From: an uncultured Roseburia sp.
Lineage (GTDB): Bacteria; Bacillota; Clostridia; Lachnospirales; Lachnospiraceae
Reading direction: 5' to 3'
Length of the DNA: 64,000 nt
Assembly: GCA_947567625.1 (NCBI GenBank)
Contig: CANONN010000007.1
Location: forward strand, 4,803 to 68,802
This document shows positions 45,775 through 55,057 of the stretch, piece after piece. A program made the position numbers and the translations under genes. Each line of letters starts with the position of its first letter. The stretch's first letter is position 1. The notes under the pieces are model-generated. The model saw nothing but the letters and a program-made list of their open reading frames with translations, had not been told where the DNA came from and did not search any database.

Positions 45775-47910
45775 TTATTTGGCCAACAGCATCATAATCT
45801 TGTTACTTCTCTCTACAAATTTGGTCATGGCGTCCACGGACAGCGGCTGATTGGAAATCATGGCCAGATCGTAGAGCTGTTCGCAGAACATCGGCGCATG
45901 CTCGGAATCCTTGTGCTCAAAAATATATTTTACCAGCGGATGGTTGGCGTTTAGGGTCAGCGTCTGGTCGGCGGCAAACATATTCGCGTCCATGCCGCCC
46001 ATGCCGCCCATGGAGTACATCTTCATCATATCCTGCATGCGGCGCCCTTCCTCGGAAAGCGTAATGATCGAGGAGATATTCTCATTTTTCAGCTTTTCAA
46101 CCTTTACGGTCAATTTCTCGTTGTTTAACGCTTTCTTGAACACGTCTGTCAGGGTGTCGGTCTCATCCTTCAAGTCCGTGTCATCGGTTTCGTCTTTTAA
46201 GGACTCCGTCAGATCGGCGTCGATGCGCATAAATTTATACTGCTCGTTGCGCTGCTCTAACTGGGAGATGAACGAGGTATCAATGTTGTGGTCTAAAATC
46301 ACGGCCTGCATATTCTGCTCTTTAAATAATTTGATATACTGGCCCTGCTGATTGCGGTCGGTCACATAGTAGATGATCTTGCGCGCATCCTTATCCTCTG
46401 CGGCATCGTCCCCTTCGTCGATGGGATTGCCGTTTTCGTCCATGACTTCTGCGTCCACTTTGTCTGCGTCCGCGGAATTTTCTTTCGCATCGGCTGTGTC
46501 TGTCCCCTCTGCGTCCTCTGCGGCTTTCTCTTCCTTTACCAGAAGCTCCGGCAGTGTCAGATAAGCGTCCTCAAGATTCTTAAAGAGGATATAGTCGTTC
46601 ATCTTATCGCAGAATTTGGTATCCTTTAAGCAGCCAAATTTGATAAACGGGCTGATATCGTCCCAGTACTTCTCGTAACTTTCTTTCTCCGTCTTGCACA
46701 TGCCGATTAACTTGTCGGCAACCTTCTTGGTGATATACTCGGAGATTTTCTTTACAAAGCCGTCGTTTTGCAGCGCGCTTCTGGAAACGTTAAGCGGCAG
46801 GTCCGGGCAGTCGATGACACCCTTTAACAGCATCAAAAATTCGGGAATGACCTCTTTGATATTGTCGGCGATAAACACCTGATTGTTGTAAAGCTTGATC
46901 GTTCCTTCGATGGAGTCGTACTCGGTGTTGATCTTCGGGAAATAGAGGATGCCCTTTAGGTGAAACGGATAATCCATGTTCAGGTGAATCCAAAACAGCG
47001 GTTCCTTATAGTCCAAAAATACTTTGCGGTAAAAAGCCTTGTAATCTTCGTCGGTGCAGTCGTTGGGATTCTTGTTCCAGAGCGGGTTGACATCGTTTAG
47101 CGGAACCGGGCGTTTGACAATTTTTAATTTGTCCTTGGCCGGGGAGACTTCCACGATCTCTTTCTCACCGTTCTCGTTTTCTTTTTCTTCGGTTTTGGCC
47201 TCTTCGTGGATGGTCTCTACGACCGTGTCGGTGTCCAGCTTGTCTGCGGCGTCGATCGTCTCATACTGTGTCTCGGCGTTTGCCTTGCTAAGAAAGATCG
47301 GTGTCGGCATAAAGGAACAGTATTTTTCAATTACTTCTCTGGCGCGGTACTCGTTTGCAAATTCGAGGCAGTCCTCGTTTAAATACAAAGTGATTTCCGT
47401 GCCGACCGTGTCTTTTGTGCCGTCGGTGATCTCGTAATCGGTACCGCCGTCGCAGCTCCAGTGGACCGCCGTCGCGCCCTCCTGGTAGGAGAGAGAGTCG
47501 ATGGCAACTTCGTCGGCTACCATAAACGCCGAGTAGAACCCGAGACCAAAGTGGCCGATAATCTGATCATCCGTAGATTTGTCCTTATACTTTTCAATGA
47601 AATCGGTAGCGCCGGAAAACGCGATCTGGCAGATATATTCTTCGATTTCGTCGGCGGTCATGCCCAGTCCGTTGTCGATAAATTTAAGCGTCTTGTCCTC
47701 GGGGCTAACGATCACCTGAATCTGCGGCTTAAAATCTGCCGGCAGAGTATACTCGCCGATCATGTCGAGTTTTTTTAACTTGGTGATGGCATCACAGCCG
47801 TTGCTGATTAATTCGCGATAGAAAATGTCATGGTCGGAATATAACCATTTTTTGATGATCGGAAACAGATTTTCGCTGTCGATCGAAAGACTTCCCTGTT
47901 TGTTTGCCAT
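45775..47910 (-). CDS. htpG: Molecular chaperone HtpG (Hsp90)
   Basis: 'FPIIKKWLYSDHDIFYRELISNGCDAITK' and 'IGHFGLGFYSAFMVAD' form the GHKL ATPase. Long acidic linker. ATG 47910 ('MANKQGSL') follows AGGAGTG; the ORF-track start 47943 is less likely. Confidence 0.92.
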   Translation of the reverse strand: MANKQGSLSIDSENLFPIIKKWLYSDHDIFYRELISNGCDAITKLKKLDMIGEYTLPADFKPQIQVIVSPEDKTLKFIDNGLGMTADEIEEYICQIAFSGATDFIEKYKDKSTDDQIIGHFGLGFYSAFMVADEVAIDSLSYQEGATAVHWSCDGGTDYEITDGTKDTVGTEITLYLNEDCLEFANEYRAREVIEKYCSFMPTPIFLSKANAETQYETIDAADKLDTDTVVETIHEEAKTEEKENENGEKEIVEVSPAKDKLKIVKRPVPLNDVNPLWNKNPNDCTDEDYKAFYRKVFLDYKEPLFWIHLNMDYPFHLKGILYFPKINTEYDSIEGTIKLYNNQVFIADNIKEVIPEFLMLLKGVIDCPDLPLNVSRSALQNDGFVKKISEYITKKVADKLIGMCKTEKESYEKYWDDISPFIKFGCLKDTKFCDKMNDYILFKNLEDAYLTLPELLVKEEKAAEDAEGTDTADAKENSADADKVDAEVMDENGNPIDEGDDAAEDKDARKIIYYVTDRNQQGQYIKLFKEQNMQAVILDHNIDTSFISQLEQRNEQYKFMRIDADLTESLKDETDDTDLKDETDTLTDVFKKALNNEKLTVKVEKLKNENISSIITLSEEGRRMQDMMKMYSMGGMGGMDANMFAADQTLTLNANHPLVKYIFEHKDSEHAPMFCEQLYDLAMISNQPLSVDAMTKFVERSNKIMMLLAK

Positions 47911-47964
47911 AATAAAACACTCCTTTTTTGTAGATAGTTGCATCGTTGATTATCTCTGTTATAA

Positions 47965-47993
47965 ATATTAAAACCGAACCGAAAAAAAGTCAA
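47965..47993 (-). promoter_or_regulatory. Candidate sigma-A promoter of htpG
   Basis: On the minus strand: TTGACT (47993-47988), 17-nt spacer, TAATAT (47970-47965). Confidence 0.55.
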
Positions 47994-48000
47994 GAGAGAA

Positions 48001-48027
48001 TTAGCACTCTTTTGAGATGAGTGCTAA
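48001..48027. promoter_or_regulatory. CIRCE element (HrcA operator), perfect consensus
   Basis: TTAGCACTC-ttttgagat-GAGTGCTAA equals TTAGCACTC-N9-GAGTGCTAA. It lies 7 nt upstream of the htpG -35 box. Confidence 0.9.
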
Positions 48028-48202
48028 CAATAAAAGTAAAAATACTGCAAACAAGCCGTTTTCCGGTATTTATTAAAAGTTTCTAAACTGCGGGCGGCAG
48101 ACCTTGCGGGACGAGAAACGGGGCCAAAGGAAGCATTTCATGCGCGGTCCCTACATATACTGCGTAGTAAAGGGGTTGTTATTGACAATAAGGAGAACGG
48201 AT

Positions 48203-49360
48203 TTGAGAAATCTATATTATGGTGACAGAGGACTTCGGGTCATGTATCTACAGCTGGCGTTGAGCCGCGCGGGATATCCGTTGAACTTGGACGGTATTTT
48301 TGGCAATCAGACCTGTGCGGCTGTGGAGGAATTTTATGGCACTTTTGGGTCGTGCGGCATAGAGGGGCAGGCCGGGGAGCGGCTGCTTCCCTATTTGAGA
48401 GGATATCGCAGCAACGAAGCGGGAAATACGGTCTTTTACCCGTTTCCGGTGGTTTCCGGGAGAGTGCCGTACTCTTCTTTTTTGACAAAGCTGGCAGTGG
48501 ACGGTCTGGTGAAACGTTATCCTGCGATCGAAACCGGGAGTATTGGCACGAGCGTGACGGGCAAGGAGATTCCTTATCTGAAAATAGGGCGCGGTCCCAA
48601 AGAAGTGTTTTACAACGCGTCGTTTCACGGAAACGAGAGTATCACAACGCCCGTGCTGCTTAGATTTGCGGAAGAATACGCCGGCGCCTACGCCGCGGGG
48701 GGAGAAGTGGGCGGGGTGTCGGCGGCGCTGCTGTATGATAATTATACATTGTATCTGGCGCCGCTTGTCAATCCTGACGGTGTGGACTTAGCAAACGGCT
48801 GGCTGGACCGCGGAGCCAGCTTTCGCGGGGCGCAAGCGATCGCGGCGGACTATCCGGCGATTCCGTTTCCGTCGGGTTGGAAAGCCAACATTGAGGGCAT
48901 TGATTTGAATTTGCAGTTTCCCGCCGGCTGGGAAGAGGCGCGGGCCGTGAAATTTGCCGCGGGCTATACCTCCCCGGCTCCCAGAGATTATGTCGGGGAG
49001 GCGCCGCTTACCGCACCGGAGAGTGTGGCAGTCTATGAATTCACAAGACAACATGATTTTTCCCTGATTCTTGCCTATCACACGCAGGGGGAAGTGATTT
49101 ACTGGAAATATTTAGACTATAACCCGGTCAATTCTTATCAGATCGCCCGCTATTTTGGCAGCGTCAGCGGGTATACCGTTGAGGAGACGCCGGCCGCCAG
49201 CGGTTATGCGGGTTATAAGGACTGGTTTATTCAGGAATATAACCGCCCGGGCTACACGATCGAGGTAGGGCGCGGTATCAATCCGCTGCCCATGTCGCAG
49301 TTTTCCTCGATCTATGAAAAAAATATCGGTATCCTGGTGGGGGGAATGACAGAAATTTGA
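48203..49360 (+). CDS. Peptidoglycan-binding domain + M14 metallocarboxypeptidase (gamma-D-glutamyl-meso-DAP peptidase-like)
   Basis: TTG 48203 follows AAGGAGAA. 'VMYLQLALSRAGYPLNLDGIFGNQTCAAV' is PG_binding_1. 'ASFHGNESIT' is the HxxE zinc motif. 'LAYHTQGEVIYW' carries the second His. Confidence 0.75.
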   Translation: MRNLYYGDRGLRVMYLQLALSRAGYPLNLDGIFGNQTCAAVEEFYGTFGSCGIEGQAGERLLPYLRGYRSNEAGNTVFYPFPVVSGRVPYSSFLTKLAVDGLVKRYPAIETGSIGTSVTGKEIPYLKIGRGPKEVFYNASFHGNESITTPVLLRFAEEYAGAYAAGGEVGGVSAALLYDNYTLYLAPLVNPDGVDLANGWLDRGASFRGAQAIAADYPAIPFPSGWKANIEGIDLNLQFPAGWEEARAVKFAAGYTSPAPRDYVGEAPLTAPESVAVYEFTRQHDFSLILAYHTQGEVIYWKYLDYNPVNSYQIARYFGSVSGYTVEETPAASGYAGYKDWFIQEYNRPGYTIEVGRGINPLPMSQFSSIYEKNIGILVGGMTEI

Positions 49361-49410
49361 CAAAGGGGCCTGACGGCCCCTGCAAAAGATAACGGGCGGT
49401 GAGGCGGCTG

Positions 49411-49701
49411 TTATTTCGGAATAAAACTGCGGTTGGCGGCGGCGAGCATCTTTTCCATTTCGCCGTTTAAATCGGTTTTGTATGTCTTTTGTTTTTCCTC
49501 TTTGCCCTGCCCGTCTTTTTCTGTGCGTTCGACTTCTTTTTGCGCCTGCTGCTGTTCCTTATCCAGTGTTTTCGTACACTCGCTTTCCACCATAACATGC
49601 ATCTGGTAGATACCTTTTTTGATGCGTTCCGCCTCTTTTTTGCATCGTTCTACTTTGTTAAGCTGTCCCTGTCGAAATTCTTTGTAGTCTCCGATCAGCA
49701 T
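49411..49701 (-). CDS. Small charged coiled-coil hypothetical protein (96 aa)
   Basis: Intact ORF convergent with the peptidase gene. Lys/Glu/Gln-rich. The hairpin AGGGGCC-tgac-GGCCCCT (49364-49381) lies between the two genes. Confidence 0.4.
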   Translation of the reverse strand: MLIGDYKEFRQGQLNKVERCKKEAERIKKGIYQMHVMVESECTKTLDKEQQQAQKEVERTEKDGQGKEEKQKTYKTDLNGEMEKMLAAANRSFIPK

Positions 49702-50006
49702 GGTAAACCTCCTATATGGTTGTCTCCGATCTGCCCTGTGGTGTCAAGAGGCAGATCGGGTTTGTCGCTATTTTTATTATCGACCAGAGTGCTGCGCTTG
49801 ATAATGGGGTTTGGTCTGTAAAGTGTGGTGTTGTAGTAACTGGATGCCCTTTTGCGGCCGTACAAAATCAAAACAGCGCCGCTGTGCAGATCGTTTCACG
49901 GGCGGTATCAATCATTGCTGACGCAAATCCTGCATAGGAGACATAATCTGTGCATAAGAGATAATAATAAGGGTAGAACGATTGAAATCAGATAGGAGAG
50001 AGTGAA

Positions 50007-50981
50007 ATGTGTACTGCTGCAACTTATACGACGAAAGACTGCTATTTTGGACGCACCTTGGACTATAATATTTCTTATGGCGACGAGGTTGTGATCACGC
50101 CGCGCAATTATTGTTTCTGTTTTCATCAGGTGGGCATCATGCGCAGCCACTATGCCATGATTGGCATGGCCCATGTGGAGGAGGGCTGTCCGCTTTATTA
50201 TGAAGCGGTAAATGAAAAAGGGCTGGGCATGGCCGGCTTAAATTTTGAGGGGAACGCACATTACGGCAAGGTTGAGGAGGGAAAGTATAATGTGGCGCCC
50301 TATGAATTTATTCCCTGGATTTTGGGACAATGCGACACGGTAAAGGACGCGCGTTATCTGCTGGAAAAATTGAATCTTGTGGATATCCCGTTCTGTGACA
50401 GGCTGCCGCAGGCCCAGCTCCACTGGATCATTGCCGACTGTAAGGAAGCGATTACGGTGGAAGAGACCGAGAGCGGCGTTCATATTTACGATAATCCGGT
50501 CGGTGTGCTGACCAATAATCCCAATTTCGGCGAGCAGATGTTTCAATTGAACAATTATATGTATCTGTCGACCGGGGAACCGCAGAATAATTTTTGCAGT
50601 AAACTTCCGTTAAAGCCGTACAGTCACGGGATGGGGGCGATGGGGCTTCCGGGGGACTGGTCTTCCCAGTCGCGTTTTGTAAAGGCGGCGTTTGCCAAGC
50701 TAAATTCGGTTTCCGGCGATTCTGAGACCGAGAGCGTCAACCAGTTTTTCCATATTCTCGGCACGGTGGAACAGCTGCGGGGCTGCTGTAGTATGGGGGA
50801 CGGGAAATTTGATATTACTTTTTATACTTCCTGCTGTAATGTAAGCAAGGGTATCTATTACTATACCACCTACGAGAATCATCAGATTACCGCCGTGCAT
50901 ATGCACAATGTCAATCTCGGCGGCTGCTCGCTGGTTTGTTATCCGCCTGTGAGAAAAGAGCAGATTTGGCTGCAAAATTAA
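50007..50981 (+). CDS. Choloylglycine hydrolase family (bile salt hydrolase / linear amide C-N hydrolase, Ntn)
   Basis: 'MCTAATYTTKDCYFGRTLDY' with the nucleophile Cys2. 'GMAGLNF', 'VLTNNPNF' and 'SRFV' motifs. Confidence 0.85.
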   Translation: MCTAATYTTKDCYFGRTLDYNISYGDEVVITPRNYCFCFHQVGIMRSHYAMIGMAHVEEGCPLYYEAVNEKGLGMAGLNFEGNAHYGKVEEGKYNVAPYEFIPWILGQCDTVKDARYLLEKLNLVDIPFCDRLPQAQLHWIIADCKEAITVEETESGVHIYDNPVGVLTNNPNFGEQMFQLNNYMYLSTGEPQNNFCSKLPLKPYSHGMGAMGLPGDWSSQSRFVKAAFAKLNSVSGDSETESVNQFFHILGTVEQLRGCCSMGDGKFDITFYTSCCNVSKGIYYYTTYENHQITAVHMHNVNLGGCSLVCYPPVRKEQIWLQN

Positions 50982-51023
50982 TGTTGTTCGCAATCGTAAA
51001 ATGCGTTATACTATTTCATACAA

Positions 51024-52061
51024 GTGAATGAGATAGGTATGGTTAGTTGCATGGACTTTTATCAATATGATTGGGAAATCGTTCCTGATAAGGGGGCAAG
51101 GCTTTTGCGCGTGAGAGGGCAGCACCCGTCTCCGGTGCTGCCGGAGCAGATAGAGGGAGTCCCGTTGCGAGAGCTGGGAGATTACTGCTTTGCGCCGCAG
51201 GGGCGGCTGCCAGAGCGCTACCGCACGACGGAGGCGGGCAGGGATACGGGCGGTTTGGCCCGGCCTGCCGTGGATTCGGCAGAGACAAGTCTGCGGGAGC
51301 TTGGCGGCAGTTATCTGGAGCGTCTGGTATTGCCGGATTCCCTGCGGCGCATTGGAACATATGCATTTTATAATTGCAAGCGGCTGACGTCGCTTGCGGT
51401 CGGCAAGCGGCTGACAGACATCGGCAGTGACGCTTTTATGAATTGCCATCGGCTGAAAGAGATTTATCTGAGAGCGGCGCCAAAGGAAAAGACGGGAGTG
51501 CGTTTCATGTTAGCGCAGATTTCGCAGGATTTGGAAGTGTTTTTTGAGGCGGAGGGAACCCTTCTGGCGGCGCTCTTTTTCCCGGAGTATCATGAGACTT
51601 ATGATGAGATCGCGCCGGCGCATCTCTTTGGGCGTCATATCGTGGGGGAGGGATTTCGCGCCAGACAGTGTTTTGAAGACGGCGTGGCAGATTTTAGACA
51701 GTACGATAGGATTTTCCCCAAGGCGTGTGCCGGGGAGGAAGAAGGGACGCTCTGTGCGATCGCGTGGGACAGGCTGCGCTGTCCGATCGAATTGGAAGAG
51801 CAGCCCGGGAGGAGGTATGCGGATTATTTGCGGGCGCATAGCGCAGCATTGCAGGAGAGGTTTTTGCGGGAGCGCGACAGCGGCCAGCTCGTGCTGTTAG
51901 GTGATATGGGATTTCTCTCGAAAGAAGAGGTCTGGCATTGTATCCGGCGGGCATCCGCCGCAGGCTGGGCAAAGGGAGCGGCCGAGCTGATGCGTATGAA
52001 AAACCGCCGGTTTCCGGAACAAAAGGCTGCGGCGCGCTACACATTTGACGACGAGATCTGA
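51024..52061 (+). CDS. Cytoplasmic BspA-type leucine-rich-repeat protein
   Basis: 'LPDSLRRIGTYAFYNCKRLTSLAVGKRLTDIGSDAFMNCHRLKEIYL' is LRR_5-type. No signal peptide. The start is uncertain (GTG 51024, ATG 51039 or ATG 51051). Confidence 0.65.
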   Translation: MNEIGMVSCMDFYQYDWEIVPDKGARLLRVRGQHPSPVLPEQIEGVPLRELGDYCFAPQGRLPERYRTTEAGRDTGGLARPAVDSAETSLRELGGSYLERLVLPDSLRRIGTYAFYNCKRLTSLAVGKRLTDIGSDAFMNCHRLKEIYLRAAPKEKTGVRFMLAQISQDLEVFFEAEGTLLAALFFPEYHETYDEIAPAHLFGRHIVGEGFRARQCFEDGVADFRQYDRIFPKACAGEEEGTLCAIAWDRLRCPIELEEQPGRRYADYLRAHSAALQERFLRERDSGQLVLLGDMGFLSKEEVWHCIRRASAAGWAKGAAELMRMKNRRFPEQKAAARYTFDDEI

Positions 52062-52137
52062 GTGACACAAAATCCCAAAGAAATGACAGGATGGATGCTG
52101 ACACGACGGGGAAACATGTGAGGAGTTTGGAACGAAT

Positions 52138-53478
52138 ATGGCACATACGAAAACGCAGGATGAGTGGGAAAACGAGATGGCGGAAAAAATACTTTCCCAT
52201 ATCCGAACGGAACTTTATCTGGAACTTCGTTTTTTGCAACTGGCCTTCGCGGCGCTGCCAGTACGCGCGGATGCCGCCATCCGAACCTTTGCCACGGACG
52301 GAGGAGTGCTTTGTTTCTCATCGGAGCAGGTCTTACGCTTATTTGAAAAGAATCCGCTTTTTTTAAACCGCGCTTATCTGCACAGCGTGCTGCACTGCCT
52401 GTTCTCGCATCTGTGGATTGCGCCGCCCGAAGTGGCGGGATGCGAAATCAGAGAGGACGGGGCGAACCTTTCCGATTGGCAGCTCTGGCATGTGGCGTGT
52501 GATATCATGGTGGAACATGCGATCGACGGCATGGATAAGAGCTGTACCAGACGTGTGTTGAGCTGGAGCAGGCAGAAGATGTATGAGACGATGGGGCGGC
52601 GAAAAGAGCCGCATTCCGCGCTCACAATCTATCAAAGCCTGAAAAAAATGACTGCGGGGGAGACAGCGGCTTTACAGAAAGAATTTTATACGGATGATCA
52701 CCGCTATTGGCCCAAGCGAGATGAGCGCACAGCGAATATGCAGCAGGCAGCCTTAAACCGTCAAAAATGGGACAGGTTATTAAGGCAGATGAGTCTGGAA
52801 CAGGAGCGGCGGGGAGAGACGCCGGATGAGGGGGAAGCGCTCTGTTATGCACAGCTGAAGGCCGCGAGGGCAAGGCGAAGCTATCGCGATTTTCTGCGGG
52901 AGTTTGCGAGACGCCGGGAGGAACTGCACGCAGATGAGGACGAGTTTGATCTGGCCTCTTACACATACGGCCTGCGTCTGTATGGGAATCTGCCTCTGAT
53001 TGAGCCGTTAGAGACCAGAGAGGTCAAAAAGATCAGGGAATTTTTGATCGCGATTGATACCAGTTATTCCACAAGCGGGGAGCTGATTAAGAAATTTTTG
53101 CGGGAAACGGCGCAGATTTTGCGGGAGAGCGACAGCTATTTTGCAGATGCCGTGATTCGAATTTTACAGTGTGACGATGCGGTGCGCAGCGATACCACGC
53201 TGGTAGGGCGACGGGAGTTGGAACAGTTTTTGGACAGATTCGAGGTGGCGGGCGGCGGCGGAACCGATTTTCGGCCGGTGTTTGTCTATGTCGATCAGCT
53301 GTTGGCGGCAGGAGAGTTAAAAAATCTGGGCGGCCTGATCTATTTTACGGACGGGCTGGGGACTTACCCCGCCAGACGGCCCGCTTATAAGACCGCGTTC
53401 TTATTTTTGAAGGAGTACGACGAGACAAAAGTGCCGCCGTGGGCCATAAGACGGCGCATAGAGCCGGAGGAGTTTTAA
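52138..53478 (+). CDS. DUF2201-type protein: metallopeptidase-like N-domain + VWA-like C-domain
   Basis: 'YLHSVLHCLFSHLW' occupies the HExxH-like position but reads HSxxH. 'FLIAIDTSYSTSGE' (MIDAS-like DxSxS) and 'GGGGTDFRPVF'. Confidence 0.65.
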   Translation: MAHTKTQDEWENEMAEKILSHIRTELYLELRFLQLAFAALPVRADAAIRTFATDGGVLCFSSEQVLRLFEKNPLFLNRAYLHSVLHCLFSHLWIAPPEVAGCEIREDGANLSDWQLWHVACDIMVEHAIDGMDKSCTRRVLSWSRQKMYETMGRRKEPHSALTIYQSLKKMTAGETAALQKEFYTDDHRYWPKRDERTANMQQAALNRQKWDRLLRQMSLEQERRGETPDEGEALCYAQLKAARARRSYRDFLREFARRREELHADEDEFDLASYTYGLRLYGNLPLIEPLETREVKKIREFLIAIDTSYSTSGELIKKFLRETAQILRESDSYFADAVIRILQCDDAVRSDTTLVGRRELEQFLDRFEVAGGGGTDFRPVFVYVDQLLAAGELKNLGGLIYFTDGLGTYPARRPAYKTAFLFLKEYDETKVPPWAIRRRIEPEEF

Positions 53479-53494
53479 GAGGCGAAGTGAGAGG

Positions 53495-55006
53495 ATGAGA
53501 CTTATGAATATCAGAGAGGCAAAGGAAGAGATCATAAATACGGTGCGCGCCTATCTCAGCAAGGATGAAACGGGGGCATACCGGATTCCTTCGGTCAGGC
53601 AGCGCCCCGTTTTGTTGATGGGTCCTCCGGGTATCGGCAAGACACAGATCATGGAGCAGGCAGCCAGGGAGCTTCGCATCGGCCTGGTGGCGTACACGAT
53701 CACCCACCATACGAGGCAGAGCGCCGTGGGCCTTCCATTTATCCGGGAAGAGACATTTGAGGGAGCCGTCTATTCCGTGACGGAGTACACCATGAGTGAG
53801 ATCATCGCCAGCGTGTACCGAAAAATACGCGACAACGGACAGCGGGAGGGGATTTTGTTTATCGACGAGATCAACTGTGTCTCGGAGACTTTGGCTCCTA
53901 CGATGTTGCAATTTTTACAGTGCAAGACGTTTGGCAATCAAAAGATACCGGATGGCTGGGTGATTGTAGCGGCGGGCAACCCGCCGGAGTATAATCAATC
54001 TGTGCGCGAGTTCGATATGGTGACTTTGGACCGCGTGCGCTATCTCACCGTCGAGGCAGATCTTGGTGTCTGGAGGGAGTATGCTGCCCGCCAGCAGATA
54101 CACGGCGCGATTTTAAGCTATCTGGAGCTTCGCCCGGCACATTTTTATCAGGTCAAGACGGATGTGGACGGGATGCAGTTTGTGACGGCGCGCGGCTGGG
54201 AGGATTTGAGCAGCCTGATGAGGGTTTACGAGGAGCTGGATATTGCGGTGGATGAAAGCGTGGTGCGGGAGTTTTTGCACCACGAGGAGATTGCAGCGGA
54301 TGCGGCGGCGTATTTTGCATTATACCGCAAATATCAGGAGGCTTATGGCATCGCAGATATATTGGCGGGAAATGTCAGACAGACGGTGTATGCGAGGTTG
54401 GATGCGGCCGCTTTTGACGAGCGCGTCAGTGTGGTGAATTTGCTGCTTGACGCGCTGTATCTATGTTTTCGTGAGGCGGCGGACCAGAAGCTGCTCACGG
54501 ACGGTTGGTATGCGTTTTTAAAGGAGCTTCGTTTGGCCCTTAGGGGTCAGGATAACCCAGGCGATTGTTACCAGAATTTGCTGCGGCAGAAGACGGCGGA
54601 GGTTGCGCAGATGAAAAAAGCCGGATGCTTAAGCCGCCGCGAGGAAAAAAGAGCGCGTCTTTTCTGTGATATTCTGGCAAAAGAAGCGCCGGCGTATGTG
54701 CCGGGGGATGACGAGAATGTCTATTTTGCCGGATGCAGGGAAAAGTTTGCGGTGCAGACGGCCCGTTTGGAGCGTTTGGAGCATGAGTTGGAGGAACAAC
54801 TACAGCACGCCTTCGATTTCGTCGAGACGGCGTTTTTAAACGGGCAGGAGCTTGTGATGTTTGTGACCGGGCTGACGCTCTTTGAGGACGCGGCGCTGTT
54901 TTTGTCCGAGCACTCCAACGAGCGCTACCAAAGCTACAGCGATCAGTTGCTGCTGGGGACAAAACGGGCGGAGCTCTTGCAGGAGCTAAGGCGCGACGAA
55001 TCATAA
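53495..55006 (+). CDS. MoxR-like AAA+ ATPase (AAA_5)
   Basis: Walker A 'LLMGPPGIGKTQ', Walker B 'ILFIDEINC' and 'VIVAAGNPPEYN'. Alternative start ATG 53504. Confidence 0.8.
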   Translation: MRLMNIREAKEEIINTVRAYLSKDETGAYRIPSVRQRPVLLMGPPGIGKTQIMEQAARELRIGLVAYTITHHTRQSAVGLPFIREETFEGAVYSVTEYTMSEIIASVYRKIRDNGQREGILFIDEINCVSETLAPTMLQFLQCKTFGNQKIPDGWVIVAAGNPPEYNQSVREFDMVTLDRVRYLTVEADLGVWREYAARQQIHGAILSYLELRPAHFYQVKTDVDGMQFVTARGWEDLSSLMRVYEELDIAVDESVVREFLHHEEIAADAAAYFALYRKYQEAYGIADILAGNVRQTVYARLDAAAFDERVSVVNLLLDALYLCFREAADQKLLTDGWYAFLKELRLALRGQDNPGDCYQNLLRQKTAEVAQMKKAGCLSRREEKRARLFCDILAKEAPAYVPGDDENVYFAGCREKFAVQTARLERLEHELEEQLQHAFDFVETAFLNGQELVMFVTGLTLFEDAALFLSEHSNERYQSYSDQLLLGTKRAELLQELRRDES

Positions 55007-55057
55007 AAATCCCCATTTCTGCGCGCAGAAGAAAGGGAACTTAAATTTGGAGGTGGA

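Noticed and set aside
45911-47778. Several plus-strand ORFs (45911-46351, 47054-47437, 47461-47778) inside htpG
   Set aside because: They are antisense to a full-length, highly conserved Hsp90 gene. Their translations are Ser/Phe-rich mirror images of the acidic and Lys-rich HtpG sequence.
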